64,000 bases of DNA, from IMG/VR virus record IMGVR_UViG_3300045988_115146. One strand, 5' to 3'. The stretch is from a virus. Positions 52,610 to 60,926 of the stretch are shown in pieces (within the stretch, counting starts at the first letter, position 1; every line of letters starts with the position of its first letter). Position numbers and translations under genes: made by a program. The notes below the pieces were generated by a model, which did no database searches, was not told where the DNA came from, and saw nothing but the letters and a program-made list of their open reading frames with translations.

Positions 52610-52920
52610 TTTTCTTCCAGTTTTTCAAGTATACGACTTAGTTTATTAGCTGCATATCTAACAATTTCTGGATTTTCTATCCCTTTGTTGTTGATCAGAG
52701 TCAATTTCTCCAAATTTCTGGTTAAAAGTCTCTGTGCCATGAGATTTTTATACTTTTCCTCATCAAAAGGTTCAACTTTATATGTTGAATTCAGTGGATG
52801 AAGAGTTCTATCTGTCTTTATCCCATTTTCTAGGGTATAAATCCCCTTATTTCGGTCAACAATTTTGGTCTTTTCAAAAAATGCAGTGCCAGTTACCAGT
52901 AGTAAATCTCCAACTTTCAT
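52606..52920 (-). CDS. Hypothetical protein
   Basis: First gene of the leftward cassette, divergent from the methyltransferase. Confidence 0.5.
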   Translation of the reverse strand: MKVGDLLLVTGTAFFEKTKIVDRNKGIYTLENGIKTDRTLHPLNSTYKVEPFDEEKYKNLMAQRLLTRNLEKLTLINNKGIENPEIVRYAANKLSRILEKLEEK

Positions 52921-52999
52921 ATAGTTTTGATATTAAATTTGCATATTATAGTAGTCTTTAGCAAGACCATCCGGTATATATTAAACAAATCTATTTTCA

Positions 53000-53992
53000 A
53001 TGAATGTACTTGGTATCTGTGGAGCGCAAGGAGCGCTTCTTTTCGAGTTTAAAGATCATCTTGTAGCTAATGTTGAACCAAGAGCTGTATTCCATTCCAA
53101 AGGAGAACTACAATGGAAGCTTAATTTTGGTGATATTCCATTCTTAAAGAGCCTTGAAGAGGTGAAATTTACCAAAATTGACATAATCATTGGTTCTCCA
53201 TCCTGTGGTCATAGCTCTGTATTCTCCTATTCAAGGAAGAAAACCCTGGGTAAACCAAGAGAAGATGCAACCTTAAATCTGTATCTTTCTAGTGTTAAGA
53301 AGTTCAAACCAGCAGTATTTATGCTTGAGAACCTTCCAAAGCTTCTAGATTTCATCCCTATCAGTGAATGGGAAAATAATTTGCCTGATTATCAGCTTAT
53401 AGTACACTGTCATTCCGTTACGGTATTTGGTAATTCCCAGAAAAGTAGGAAAAGATTAGTGATGATAGGAGTACGTAAGGATTCTGGAATCAATCCAAAA
53501 GTATTTGATCACACTTTTCAAGTAACTAAGCCTAAGAATCTGTGTCAATTGAAGAAAAAAGTAAGAAAAGACATAAATTACAGAGAATCTGATGACAAGA
53601 AATTAGCAATGTATCATTATGCTGATAAGTCTAAGACTACACTTACTGTAGCTCAAGTGAGGAAGCTATGGAAAACTGAATTCAAAAATGATCACAAATG
53701 GCCAATGAGAACTCATAAGATGAAAACTCTACCAGGAGTATATCGCAATAGGAAGAAAGGTTACCCTTTGACTGTGAGACCTTCATCCAGGCAATTTAAT
53801 CCTCATGGAAGGATAATGGGACTTGATGAATATAGAGTCATCATGGGATTCCCAGAATCATTTAAGGTATATTTTGATAAGAACAATCCAACCTATTGGT
53901 TGAACAAGGGGAGGAATACCCTGACAAAAGGAGCTGTATACGAGAATTCACTTTGGTTAAAGGCTTGCTTGAGGAAAGCTAAAATACTCTAA
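53000..53992 (+). CDS. DNA (cytosine-5) methyltransferase-like enzyme with non-canonical motifs
   Basis: Motif I-like GICGAQG, motif IV GSPSCGHS (PCQ replaced by SCG), motif VI MLENLP, motif VIII QKSRKRLVMIG, motif IX/X IMGFPESF...GRNTLTKGAV. Confidence 0.6.
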   Translation: MNVLGICGAQGALLFEFKDHLVANVEPRAVFHSKGELQWKLNFGDIPFLKSLEEVKFTKIDIIIGSPSCGHSSVFSYSRKKTLGKPREDATLNLYLSSVKKFKPAVFMLENLPKLLDFIPISEWENNLPDYQLIVHCHSVTVFGNSQKSRKRLVMIGVRKDSGINPKVFDHTFQVTKPKNLCQLKKKVRKDINYRESDDKKLAMYHYADKSKTTLTVAQVRKLWKTEFKNDHKWPMRTHKMKTLPGVYRNRKKGYPLTVRPSSRQFNPHGRIMGLDEYRVIMGFPESFKVYFDKNNPTYWLNKGRNTLTKGAVYENSLWLKACLRKAKIL

Positions 53993-54005
53993 TCAAGCCC
54001 CCTAT

Positions 54006-54125
54006 CGCGTATACGCATACGTATAAGGAGAATTCTATTAGTATTTTAGTATACTAAAATACTAATAGAAGTTTATATAGCTTTAGCTATATAAACATAT
54101 ACTTTGTTCTATAGTAGTATTCTTA
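54006..54125. repeat. Composite element copy 2: alternating Pu-Py tract + the same two palindromes
   Basis: 20-nt perfect alternating Pu-Py run 54006-54025. A 34-nt palindrome identical to copy 1 at 54035-54068. GTTTATATAGCT-TT-AGCTATATAAAC at 54071-54096 (centre AA becomes TT). Similarity continues to about 54115. Confidence 0.9.
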
Positions 54126-54152
54126 TTCTTTCTAGATTAAGACTTACTTCTT

Positions 54153-54175
54153 TAATCCCCCCTATAATCCCCCCT
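54153..54175 (+). repeat. Direct repeat TAATCCCCCCT x2
   Basis: 54153-54163 and 54165-54175. C6 runs are conspicuous in this AT-rich sequence. Confidence 0.85.
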
Positions 54176-54201
54176 TAATGGTTTCATAAAATCTCAATCA
54201 C

Positions 54202-54861
54202 ATGAAAAATGTAATCTTAACCATAGCCTTCATACTTATGACCTTAACTATATTCTGGATGTGGGATCAGAATTCAGAGTTAAGGCATGACTTGGAAAAT
54301 ATCAACCATCAACCAGATACAGTTTGGGTTAATAAACCCTTTGTTCCCAAAGTAGAGTTTCCAAAGATACAATTGCCTAGCATGGTATTCCTCTACCAGA
54401 TAGATTCAGTACCAATTGAACGAATAGAGTATGTTGATAGAGTAGTTACTATCATACAGAAAGATTCAGTGAAGGTTGAATACAATGAGTTGTTCTTAAC
54501 TAACTATCCACAAGCTCCAAAACTACTGCAGATACTTTCCAGTAGAGATAAATTGTCAATCACTACCTTCAATACAGACTGCAAACTATTTACTGAAGAG
54601 TATCAGGTAAATTATGATCGTTATCAGTACAACTATCTTGATGGGAAATTAACCCATAAGAAAACGTCATTCATAAAAAGGTTTGATCCAGTCGTACAAT
54701 ATACCATCAGACCGGTACATAACATGCATGATCTGGATTTAGGCTTGAAGTACAATACCAGTAAATTTAATTATGAGGCCGGGTTGAATTTCAACTATTA
54801 TCCCAAACTCAGGGACAATTTATCACTTGATCCTTACATAAGAGTTTCATACAGTTTTTGA
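54202..54861 (+). CDS. Hypothetical exported protein, possible outer-membrane beta-barrel
   Basis: N-terminal hydrophobic segment VILTIAFILMTLTIFWMW. C-terminal alternating-hydrophobic strands ending ...YIRVSYSF (terminal Phe as in OMPs). Confidence 0.35.
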   Translation: MKNVILTIAFILMTLTIFWMWDQNSELRHDLENINHQPDTVWVNKPFVPKVEFPKIQLPSMVFLYQIDSVPIERIEYVDRVVTIIQKDSVKVEYNELFLTNYPQAPKLLQILSSRDKLSITTFNTDCKLFTEEYQVNYDRYQYNYLDGKLTHKKTSFIKRFDPVVQYTIRPVHNMHDLDLGLKYNTSKFNYEAGLNFNYYPKLRDNLSLDPYIRVSYSF

Positions 54862-54862
54862 T

Positions 54863-57385
54863 ATGGCAAGAAAGAAGACATTACTAGAAGGAGATACAAA
54901 TATTACACCAGAACAACTTAAGACCTTGGTCCGTGTGATGAAGGATCCATTCTTCTTTTCTACTTTCTGCTATGTTATCAACCCTGTGTTGGGTATGGTT
55001 AAGTTCTTGCTATATCCATTTCAGAAAGCAGTACTATACCAATTCATGCTGAACAGGTTCAATATCATCCTTAAATTTCGTCAGGCTGGTATTACAGAGT
55101 TGATATCCATGTATTGTCTCTGGTTAGCAATGTATCACCCAAACAAGAAGATAAACATCATCTCGATCAAAGATACTGTAGCAAAGAAGGTACTGAAGAA
55201 GATCAAGTTTATGTACAAGAATCTTCCTTCATATCTACAAGAACCAATTATAAACGGTCGTACTGGAGAATTTGGTTCTGTATCAACAATAGAATTTGCA
55301 AATGGCTCCATAATTGAGTCTATACCAACATCAGATCAAGCAGGTCGTTCTGAATCTTTGTCGTTGTTGGTAATTGATGAGGCAGCAATTGTAAGATGGG
55401 CTTCAACGATATGGGCATCGGCATTCCCCACATTGAGCTGTATATCAGGGAGTTACGAAATATTACTTACTAAAAATCTCTATCGGAAAAATATAGAAGG
55501 TAATAAAAAAGGTCTACAGGCTTTTCTTAAGCCTATAAAAGAATTAGCTCCAGATGAAATAGGAGTAAGAGATTTAAGAAAAGAGAAGTTATATACTCTA
55601 ACTCATACTGGAACTTGGAAACAAGTATTGGATGCTGTATATAAAGGAAAGCTTTTAACTTGGGAGGTAGAAGACAATAGAGGTAAAATTTTAGATTGTA
55701 CTCCTAAACACCGCTTATTAACTCCACAAGGCTGGAGGACAGTATCTGATATTGTTAAGTATGGCCTAAAAATAGTTCAGGTAGATACCAAATACGATTC
55801 TATAGGTAATACGATTTTAGTAAAACCACCAAAGAAAGTAGTATTCAAGCCATTGTTTACTTTTGGCAAGTTCAAATATCAAATAACTAACTTTGGTAAA
55901 GTATATAAAGTTGGTAGTAATGGTGAAAGGACTGAAGTAAGAATAAGAGTACACAAAGGATATAATACTCTTACACTATTCTCTAAGTTAGAGGGTGGTA
56001 CTAAGAATTGGAAAGTATCTAGATTAGTATATGAAACATTTATTGGTTCAGTACCAGATGGTATGGTAATTGACCATATCAATAATAATCCTCTTCAGGA
56101 TTGGGTAACTAATTTGAAGTGTGTAACCAATTCAGAGAATATAAAGAAGTCATATAATACTAATTTATCTCACGTTACCTCTTTATCTGGTTATCCGATA
56201 GAATTACATTCTAAGGTATTACACACATTAGATTTGAATCCTGGTAAGAGTGACCAAGAAGTTAAAGAAGTATTAGCTAAACAGGGATTAAATATAAGTA
56301 GGAAAAGTATAGGTAATATACGAAGAAATTCTAAAGTATATCTATCAAAATTAACCGTAAACCGAGAGTATGTAACAGACATATATGATATACATGTAGA
56401 AGGGGATCACTCATATATACTACCAACTTGTAACTTTGTAAATCATAACACTGGCGGTTCAGCTATCGTAAATAGCACGCCCTACGGAGTCGGGAACTTC
56501 TTCCACGGTGCTTGGGTAGATGCTATAGCTGGTGGTAATCCTCTTAATCCAATACGACTTTATTGGCAGATGCATCCAGATAGAGATCAGAAGTGGTATG
56601 AGGAGATGTCTACTGCTCTTGGTCCAAAGAGAACTGCTCAGGAGATTGATGGTGACTTCCTATCATCTGGTAATACAGTATTTGATTTAGTTGATATTAA
56701 GGCTATAGAAGAGTGCTTATCTGACTATCCCATTATCAATACACGTTTGAAAGGTCAGTATAAGGAATTCAATGAGCCTGATCCAAACAAAGAGTATTTC
56801 ATTGGTGGTGACTGTGCAACTGGTAGAGGTACTGACTACTCAGCTTTTACTTGTATGGATAGAGATGGAGAAGAGTCTGCAGTATACAAGGGTAGAATAC
56901 CTTTGAACAAATATGCTCGTTTACTTGGTGATATCGGAGAAAAGTATAACTTTGCTAAGCTAGCTCCAGAGACTAATGATGTTGGTATGGCTGTAACAAC
57001 TATACTCCAAGATGAAGGTTATCCAAACCTATACTTCTATACTAAATTGTTAAGGAAGAAACGTCACAGTCGTCCAGAAGAAGAGAAGTTCCCGGGTTGG
57101 TTAACAACCGCAAAGAATAGGTCAGTAATTGTAGAGAATCTTGAAAAGGATATAAGGGAAAACAATGTGGTAATTAAAGATCCGTTCTTTGTTCAAGAGG
57201 CTTATACCTTCATATATGATGGTGCAGGAAGACCCATTGCACGAGGTAAACATAGAATGAGTACCTCATCTATGGATATTGACTTAGAGGGTGAAACATA
57301 TTCCGATGACTCCATATTCGGTAAAGCCATAACAAATCACATCAGATGTCATAGTGCATCATCAACTGTGGTTATTCCTCAGTAG
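54863..57385 (+). CDS. terL: Terminase large subunit, interrupted by an intein
   Basis: FRQAGITE (Walker A position), LLVIDEAA (Walker B). After the intein, TGGSAIVNSTPYG (motif III), then a C-terminal nuclease-type domain (GGDCATGRGTDYSAF). Confidence 0.8.
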   Translation: MARKKTLLEGDTNITPEQLKTLVRVMKDPFFFSTFCYVINPVLGMVKFLLYPFQKAVLYQFMLNRFNIILKFRQAGITELISMYCLWLAMYHPNKKINIISIKDTVAKKVLKKIKFMYKNLPSYLQEPIINGRTGEFGSVSTIEFANGSIIESIPTSDQAGRSESLSLLVIDEAAIVRWASTIWASAFPTLSCISGSYEILLTKNLYRKNIEGNKKGLQAFLKPIKELAPDEIGVRDLRKEKLYTLTHTGTWKQVLDAVYKGKLLTWEVEDNRGKILDCTPKHRLLTPQGWRTVSDIVKYGLKIVQVDTKYDSIGNTILVKPPKKVVFKPLFTFGKFKYQITNFGKVYKVGSNGERTEVRIRVHKGYNTLTLFSKLEGGTKNWKVSRLVYETFIGSVPDGMVIDHINNNPLQDWVTNLKCVTNSENIKKSYNTNLSHVTSLSGYPIELHSKVLHTLDLNPGKSDQEVKEVLAKQGLNISRKSIGNIRRNSKVYLSKLTVNREYVTDIYDIHVEGDHSYILPTCNFVNHNTGGSAIVNSTPYGVGNFFHGAWVDAIAGGNPLNPIRLYWQMHPDRDQKWYEEMSTALGPKRTAQEIDGDFLSSGNTVFDLVDIKAIEECLSDYPIINTRLKGQYKEFNEPDPNKEYFIGGDCATGRGTDYSAFTCMDRDGEESAVYKGRIPLNKYARLLGDIGEKYNFAKLAPETNDVGMAVTTILQDEGYPNLYFYTKLLRKKRHSRPEEEKFPGWLTTAKNRSVIVENLEKDIRENNVVIKDPFFVQEAYTFIYDGAGRPIARGKHRMSTSSMDIDLEGETYSDDSIFGKAITNHIRCHSASSTVVIPQ
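55439..56449 (+). mobile_element. Intein (337 aa) with an internal HNH endonuclease domain
   Basis: Starts CISGSYEILL after AFPTLS. Block B TPKH. HNH_3-like VIDHINNNPLQDWVTNLKCVTNSEN. Ends DHSYILPTCNFVNHN followed by Thr. Confidence 0.8.
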
Positions 57386-57407
57386 AACATAAACAAATTT
57401 ACATAAC

Positions 57408-58892
57408 ATGAAACTTAATCCTATCAGTTGGTTCACAAGGTCAAAGCCCAAAGAATCAAAGAACAAAGATGAAGGAAAGGGTTCTATAAGTCCAGGAAGA
57501 GTTTCCCAACCAGATGATGGTGTGGGAAATTCTGAGTTAATTACAACTCTAAATGGTATTACTAACTTAGTTACTCCAACCTTCAGAACAGAACTAATAC
57601 CAATTATTCGGGATTTATACAAAGTAAACCCAGATGTCAGTATTGCACTGCAAGACATGTTCAAGCTGTCAAATACTGGCCATACTATAGACTTCCCAAA
57701 CAATACCGCAGAAGAATCAACTAAGATGAGAAATCATCTTAGAGAGGTATCTAAGAAGTGGTCAAGATATACAGCTGGTATAGACGGATTGGTAAACAAG
57801 TTCATTGTTCAACTTTTAGTTGGTGGTGCAATATCAGTAGAGGGTGTACCAAACAAAGAGTTGACTGGATTAGAGACAATACTATTCATTAAACCAGAAA
57901 CTATAAGGTTTAAGAGAGAGAACAATGGAGTATATCATCCATATCAGAGGAATCCAAGAATAGTAGATGGAGTAAAAGATACATTCATCAGACTTAATAC
58001 AGAAACATATTGTTATGTTGGGATGTATAATGATACTGATGAACCGTATGGAGTACCTCCATTTATGTCTGCATTAGACTCTATAGCTGGTCAGCATACT
58101 ATGAGAAAGAATTTCAAACATATCATGGAGATCATGGGTATGGTTGGATTCTTAGAGGCAAAGATGGCTAAACCTCCTCGTACTGCTGGTGAAAGTGAAA
58201 AAGCTTATCAAGGTCGTCTAAACAGTACACTCCGTAAGATGAAGACTAACATAGTTAGTGGTATGTCAGATGGAGTTGTAGTTGGTTATATTGATGATCA
58301 TGAATTCGACCTGAAGTCAACATCAGCTTCTATGCAGAACATAAATCTCCCGTGGAATATGAACCAGCAGTCTGTTGCTAATGGGTTGGGGGTAAATGGT
58401 TCTATCATAGGAGTATCAGCATCTCAAGCTGGAACAGAAGGAGGGGCTGGTATACAGCTGTCAAAGATGATATCCCAGTTAAAGAATATCCAAACACTTG
58501 TAATATTTGTATTGGAATTCTTTTATTCTCTAGAACTGCGTCTGGCTGGATTTAATAACAAGGGAATAACAATTCAATTTGGAACTTCAACAGTTTCTGA
58601 TGACATTAAGTTACAGCAAGCAAGGGAATATAGGGCTCGTGTAAATATAACACTTTACAATCAGGGTATCATAAGCCAGGATCAATTTGCACGTGATATG
58701 GGGTATGAAGCTCCTGATCTACCAGAACCCCGTACACCAGTAGATTCAGATGATTCATCCGGTACTGGTGATACAGATACTGGTAAGAAGAAAAAGGATA
58801 GAAAAGACGATAAAGAAAGGTCAGATCGTAAGGGCAGGGACAAAAATAACCCAAACCCAAGAAGAGGTGATCAAGATAGTAAACCGAGATAA
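57408..58892 (+). CDS. Portal protein
   Basis: 494-aa ORF immediately after terL. Charged C-terminal tail. Assignment by size and position. Confidence 0.6.
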   Translation: MKLNPISWFTRSKPKESKNKDEGKGSISPGRVSQPDDGVGNSELITTLNGITNLVTPTFRTELIPIIRDLYKVNPDVSIALQDMFKLSNTGHTIDFPNNTAEESTKMRNHLREVSKKWSRYTAGIDGLVNKFIVQLLVGGAISVEGVPNKELTGLETILFIKPETIRFKRENNGVYHPYQRNPRIVDGVKDTFIRLNTETYCYVGMYNDTDEPYGVPPFMSALDSIAGQHTMRKNFKHIMEIMGMVGFLEAKMAKPPRTAGESEKAYQGRLNSTLRKMKTNIVSGMSDGVVVGYIDDHEFDLKSTSASMQNINLPWNMNQQSVANGLGVNGSIIGVSASQAGTEGGAGIQLSKMISQLKNIQTLVIFVLEFFYSLELRLAGFNNKGITIQFGTSTVSDDIKLQQAREYRARVNITLYNQGIISQDQFARDMGYEAPDLPEPRTPVDSDDSSGTGDTDTGKKKKDRKDDKERSDRKGRDKNNPNPRRGDQDSKPR

Positions 58893-58895
58893 ATT

Positions 58896-60425
58896 ATGCC
58901 ACCTATTGAAAAACAAAACACCGATGTAATGGTGTTAAGTGCAGCTCATAGCTTAATGGTATCAGATGTACCAAAAGTAGTTATTGATGCTCACTCTCTT
59001 TCTGAAAACTTCTACAAGGGAACAGGTAATTTCAGTGATGATCCAAAGAAGTCATTAGAGAGGTTCGGTATGTGGGGAGGTACTTTGAATGTGAATCAAT
59101 TTATGCCAAATGTAACTCCAGACATGCTGAAACCAAAGGACACAGACTTTATTGAGCCAATGTTCAGAATGCTTTCGGCTGCTGTTGTAGCAAAGAAGTA
59201 TAATCCTACTGAATTTCCAGAACAGATCCTCAAAGAGTCAATGCCATTACTGGTTGGTCAGTCTGTAAACCTTGATCATGAAACTGATGTGGCTAATGCT
59301 ATCGGATCAGTTAAATCTGTTGAATGGCAAGACGCATACAAAGATGAAAAGACTGGAGTAGTAATACCTGCTGGTATAAACGGTATACTGAAGATAGATG
59401 GATTATCAAATCCACGTATAGCTCGTGGTATACAAATGGATCCACCTTCTATACATTCTAATTCTGTAACTGTAGAGTTTGCATGGGAACCATCTCACCA
59501 ATTTGAGGATATATGGGAGTTCTATTCTAAACTTGGTACATATACAGATAAGGGAGAACTTATACGTAGGATTGCTACAAAGATAATCTCTTATAAAGAG
59601 ACATCTCTGGTATGGCATGGAGCTGATCCATTTGCTCAATTGATTAAGAGTGGTAGGTTAAATAGCCCTGCTTATGCTGGAAGTCAGTATTATTCTTTTT
59701 CCGAAGAGAAAGCAGCCGAGGCTAATGATCCGATAAAGAGGGTATCTCTATTCGACTTCAAGGTTCTTTCAGAAAAAGATATAAAGTACAATACCAGTAA
59801 ATCTAATAATGAAAAGGGTGCCGGAAAGGGTAACCATAATAACCAAAATAATAAAACAAACATGGACAAAGAATTGCAGCAGATGCTTGCGAGCCTCTTT
59901 GGTGAAAATCTTTTGACCCTTTCTGAAGGTCAGGAAGTTTCGACAGAGCTGGCTCTCACCCAGATTAAAACTCTGGTACAGCAGAACAAGGACTTCGCTG
60001 ATGCTGTGAAGGCGAAGGATGAGGAAATTGAAAAACTCACTGAGGAAAAGACTAATCTTGAAAAAGACCTCAATTCTTACAAGGAGGCTAAAGAGAATTG
60101 GGATTGCCACATTAAATCGTATCGTGAGGAAACGGTGGCAGCATATAAGAAAGTTTCTGGTGAGGATAAGGTAGACCAGAATATCCTGGCTTTACTGGAG
60201 AATGAAGGAACAACTCTGGAGACTCTCAAAGCTCTGCGTAAGACTTATGATGCACAGCTGGAAGAGAAATTCCCCATGCACTGCAATAATTGCGGTTCTC
60301 ATGATGTTGGCCGAGCATCATCTATTAATCCCGAAGATGATGAGGAAAAGAATAAGGCACCGAAATCTACCCGTGATATAGCTTTAACTTTGGCAGATCG
60401 TAAACTTCGGGGAGAAAAGAAATAA
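58896..60425 (+). CDS. Prohead protease-scaffold fusion (tentative)
   Basis: Position between portal and capsid genes. VNLDHETDVANAIGSV resembles the nHd....iG block of HK97-type prohead proteases. C-terminal coiled coil. Confidence 0.45.
   Translation: MPPIEKQNTDVMVLSAAHSLMVSDVPKVVIDAHSLSENFYKGTGNFSDDPKKSLERFGMWGGTLNVNQFMPNVTPDMLKPKDTDFIEPMFRMLSAAVVAKKYNPTEFPEQILKESMPLLVGQSVNLDHETDVANAIGSVKSVEWQDAYKDEKTGVVIPAGINGILKIDGLSNPRIARGIQMDPPSIHSNSVTVEFAWEPSHQFEDIWEFYSKLGTYTDKGELIRRIATKIISYKETSLVWHGADPFAQLIKSGRLNSPAYAGSQYYSFSEEKAAEANDPIKRVSLFDFKVLSEKDIKYNTSKSNNEKGAGKGNHNNQNNKTNMDKELQQMLASLFGENLLTLSEGQEVSTELALTQIKTLVQQNKDFADAVKAKDEEIEKLTEEKTNLEKDLNSYKEAKENWDCHIKSYREETVAAYKKVSGEDKVDQNILALLENEGTTLETLKALRKTYDAQLEEKFPMHCNNCGSHDVGRASSINPEDDEEKNKAPKSTRDIALTLADRKLRGEKK
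59862..60425 (+). CDS. Possible nested in-frame scaffolding protein
   Basis: In-frame ATG preceded by AATAATAAAACAAAC (an A-rich leader like other gene starts). GC and codon usage jump exactly here. MDKELQQMLASLF... coiled coil. Confidence 0.35.
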   Translation: MDKELQQMLASLFGENLLTLSEGQEVSTELALTQIKTLVQQNKDFADAVKAKDEEIEKLTEEKTNLEKDLNSYKEAKENWDCHIKSYREETVAAYKKVSGEDKVDQNILALLENEGTTLETLKALRKTYDAQLEEKFPMHCNNCGSHDVGRASSINPEDDEEKNKAPKSTRDIALTLADRKLRGEKK

Positions 60426-60452
60426 CAAACAACTAAAATATCAAGTTAAATT

Positions 60453-60905
60453 ATGGCAGACTTACACAAAGTGGGTGGACGGACCCCACAGGCTGTGATT
60501 TACAAAAGTGAATCGCACAAGCTTCATCAGGCATTTCCGGTAAAGAGTGGCGATACCATCGTTCAGGGTCAACCGGTAAAACTTAATAACGATGGAACTA
60601 TCTCTCCGTATACTGGGGCAGCTGGTGATATGTATCTCGGTATTGCTGTTAACTACAGTAAGTACCCTGCATATCCTGCAAATGCAGCTGGTGTAGAAGT
60701 AACTGTAATGGTAGAAGCCTTTGCAATTATACACGGTATAGCTAAGGTAGAGTTTACCGCCACTGGTTATGTTAAGACCGATGGAACTTTGGATGAAAGC
60801 GGAACGTATACAAACTTCCAGCCCTCCGATGCAAATGCAGAGACTAAGTTCATAGCTATCAACGTAGCTGAGGTTGGTGATCTGATTCAAATCCTGGTAA
60901 AATAA
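60453..60905 (+). CDS. Head decoration / capsid accessory protein (tentative)
   Basis: 150-aa Gly/Ala/Val-rich beta protein directly upstream of the major capsid gene. High-expression codon usage. Confidence 0.4.
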   Translation: MADLHKVGGRTPQAVIYKSESHKLHQAFPVKSGDTIVQGQPVKLNNDGTISPYTGAAGDMYLGIAVNYSKYPAYPANAAGVEVTVMVEAFAIIHGIAKVEFTATGYVKTDGTLDESGTYTNFQPSDANAETKFIAINVAEVGDLIQILVK

Positions 60906-60926
60906 CAGAAAATAACATTACTAAAT

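Noticed and set aside
52922-52993. Divergent promoters between the leftward cassette and the methyltransferase (TAGTTTTG 52922, TAAATTTG 52934 on plus; TAGATTTG as reverse complement of 52986-52993 on minus)
   Set aside because: The -7-like boxes are present, but none has a TTTG at the expected -33 distance. This is too weak to list as a feature and is mentioned only in a finding.
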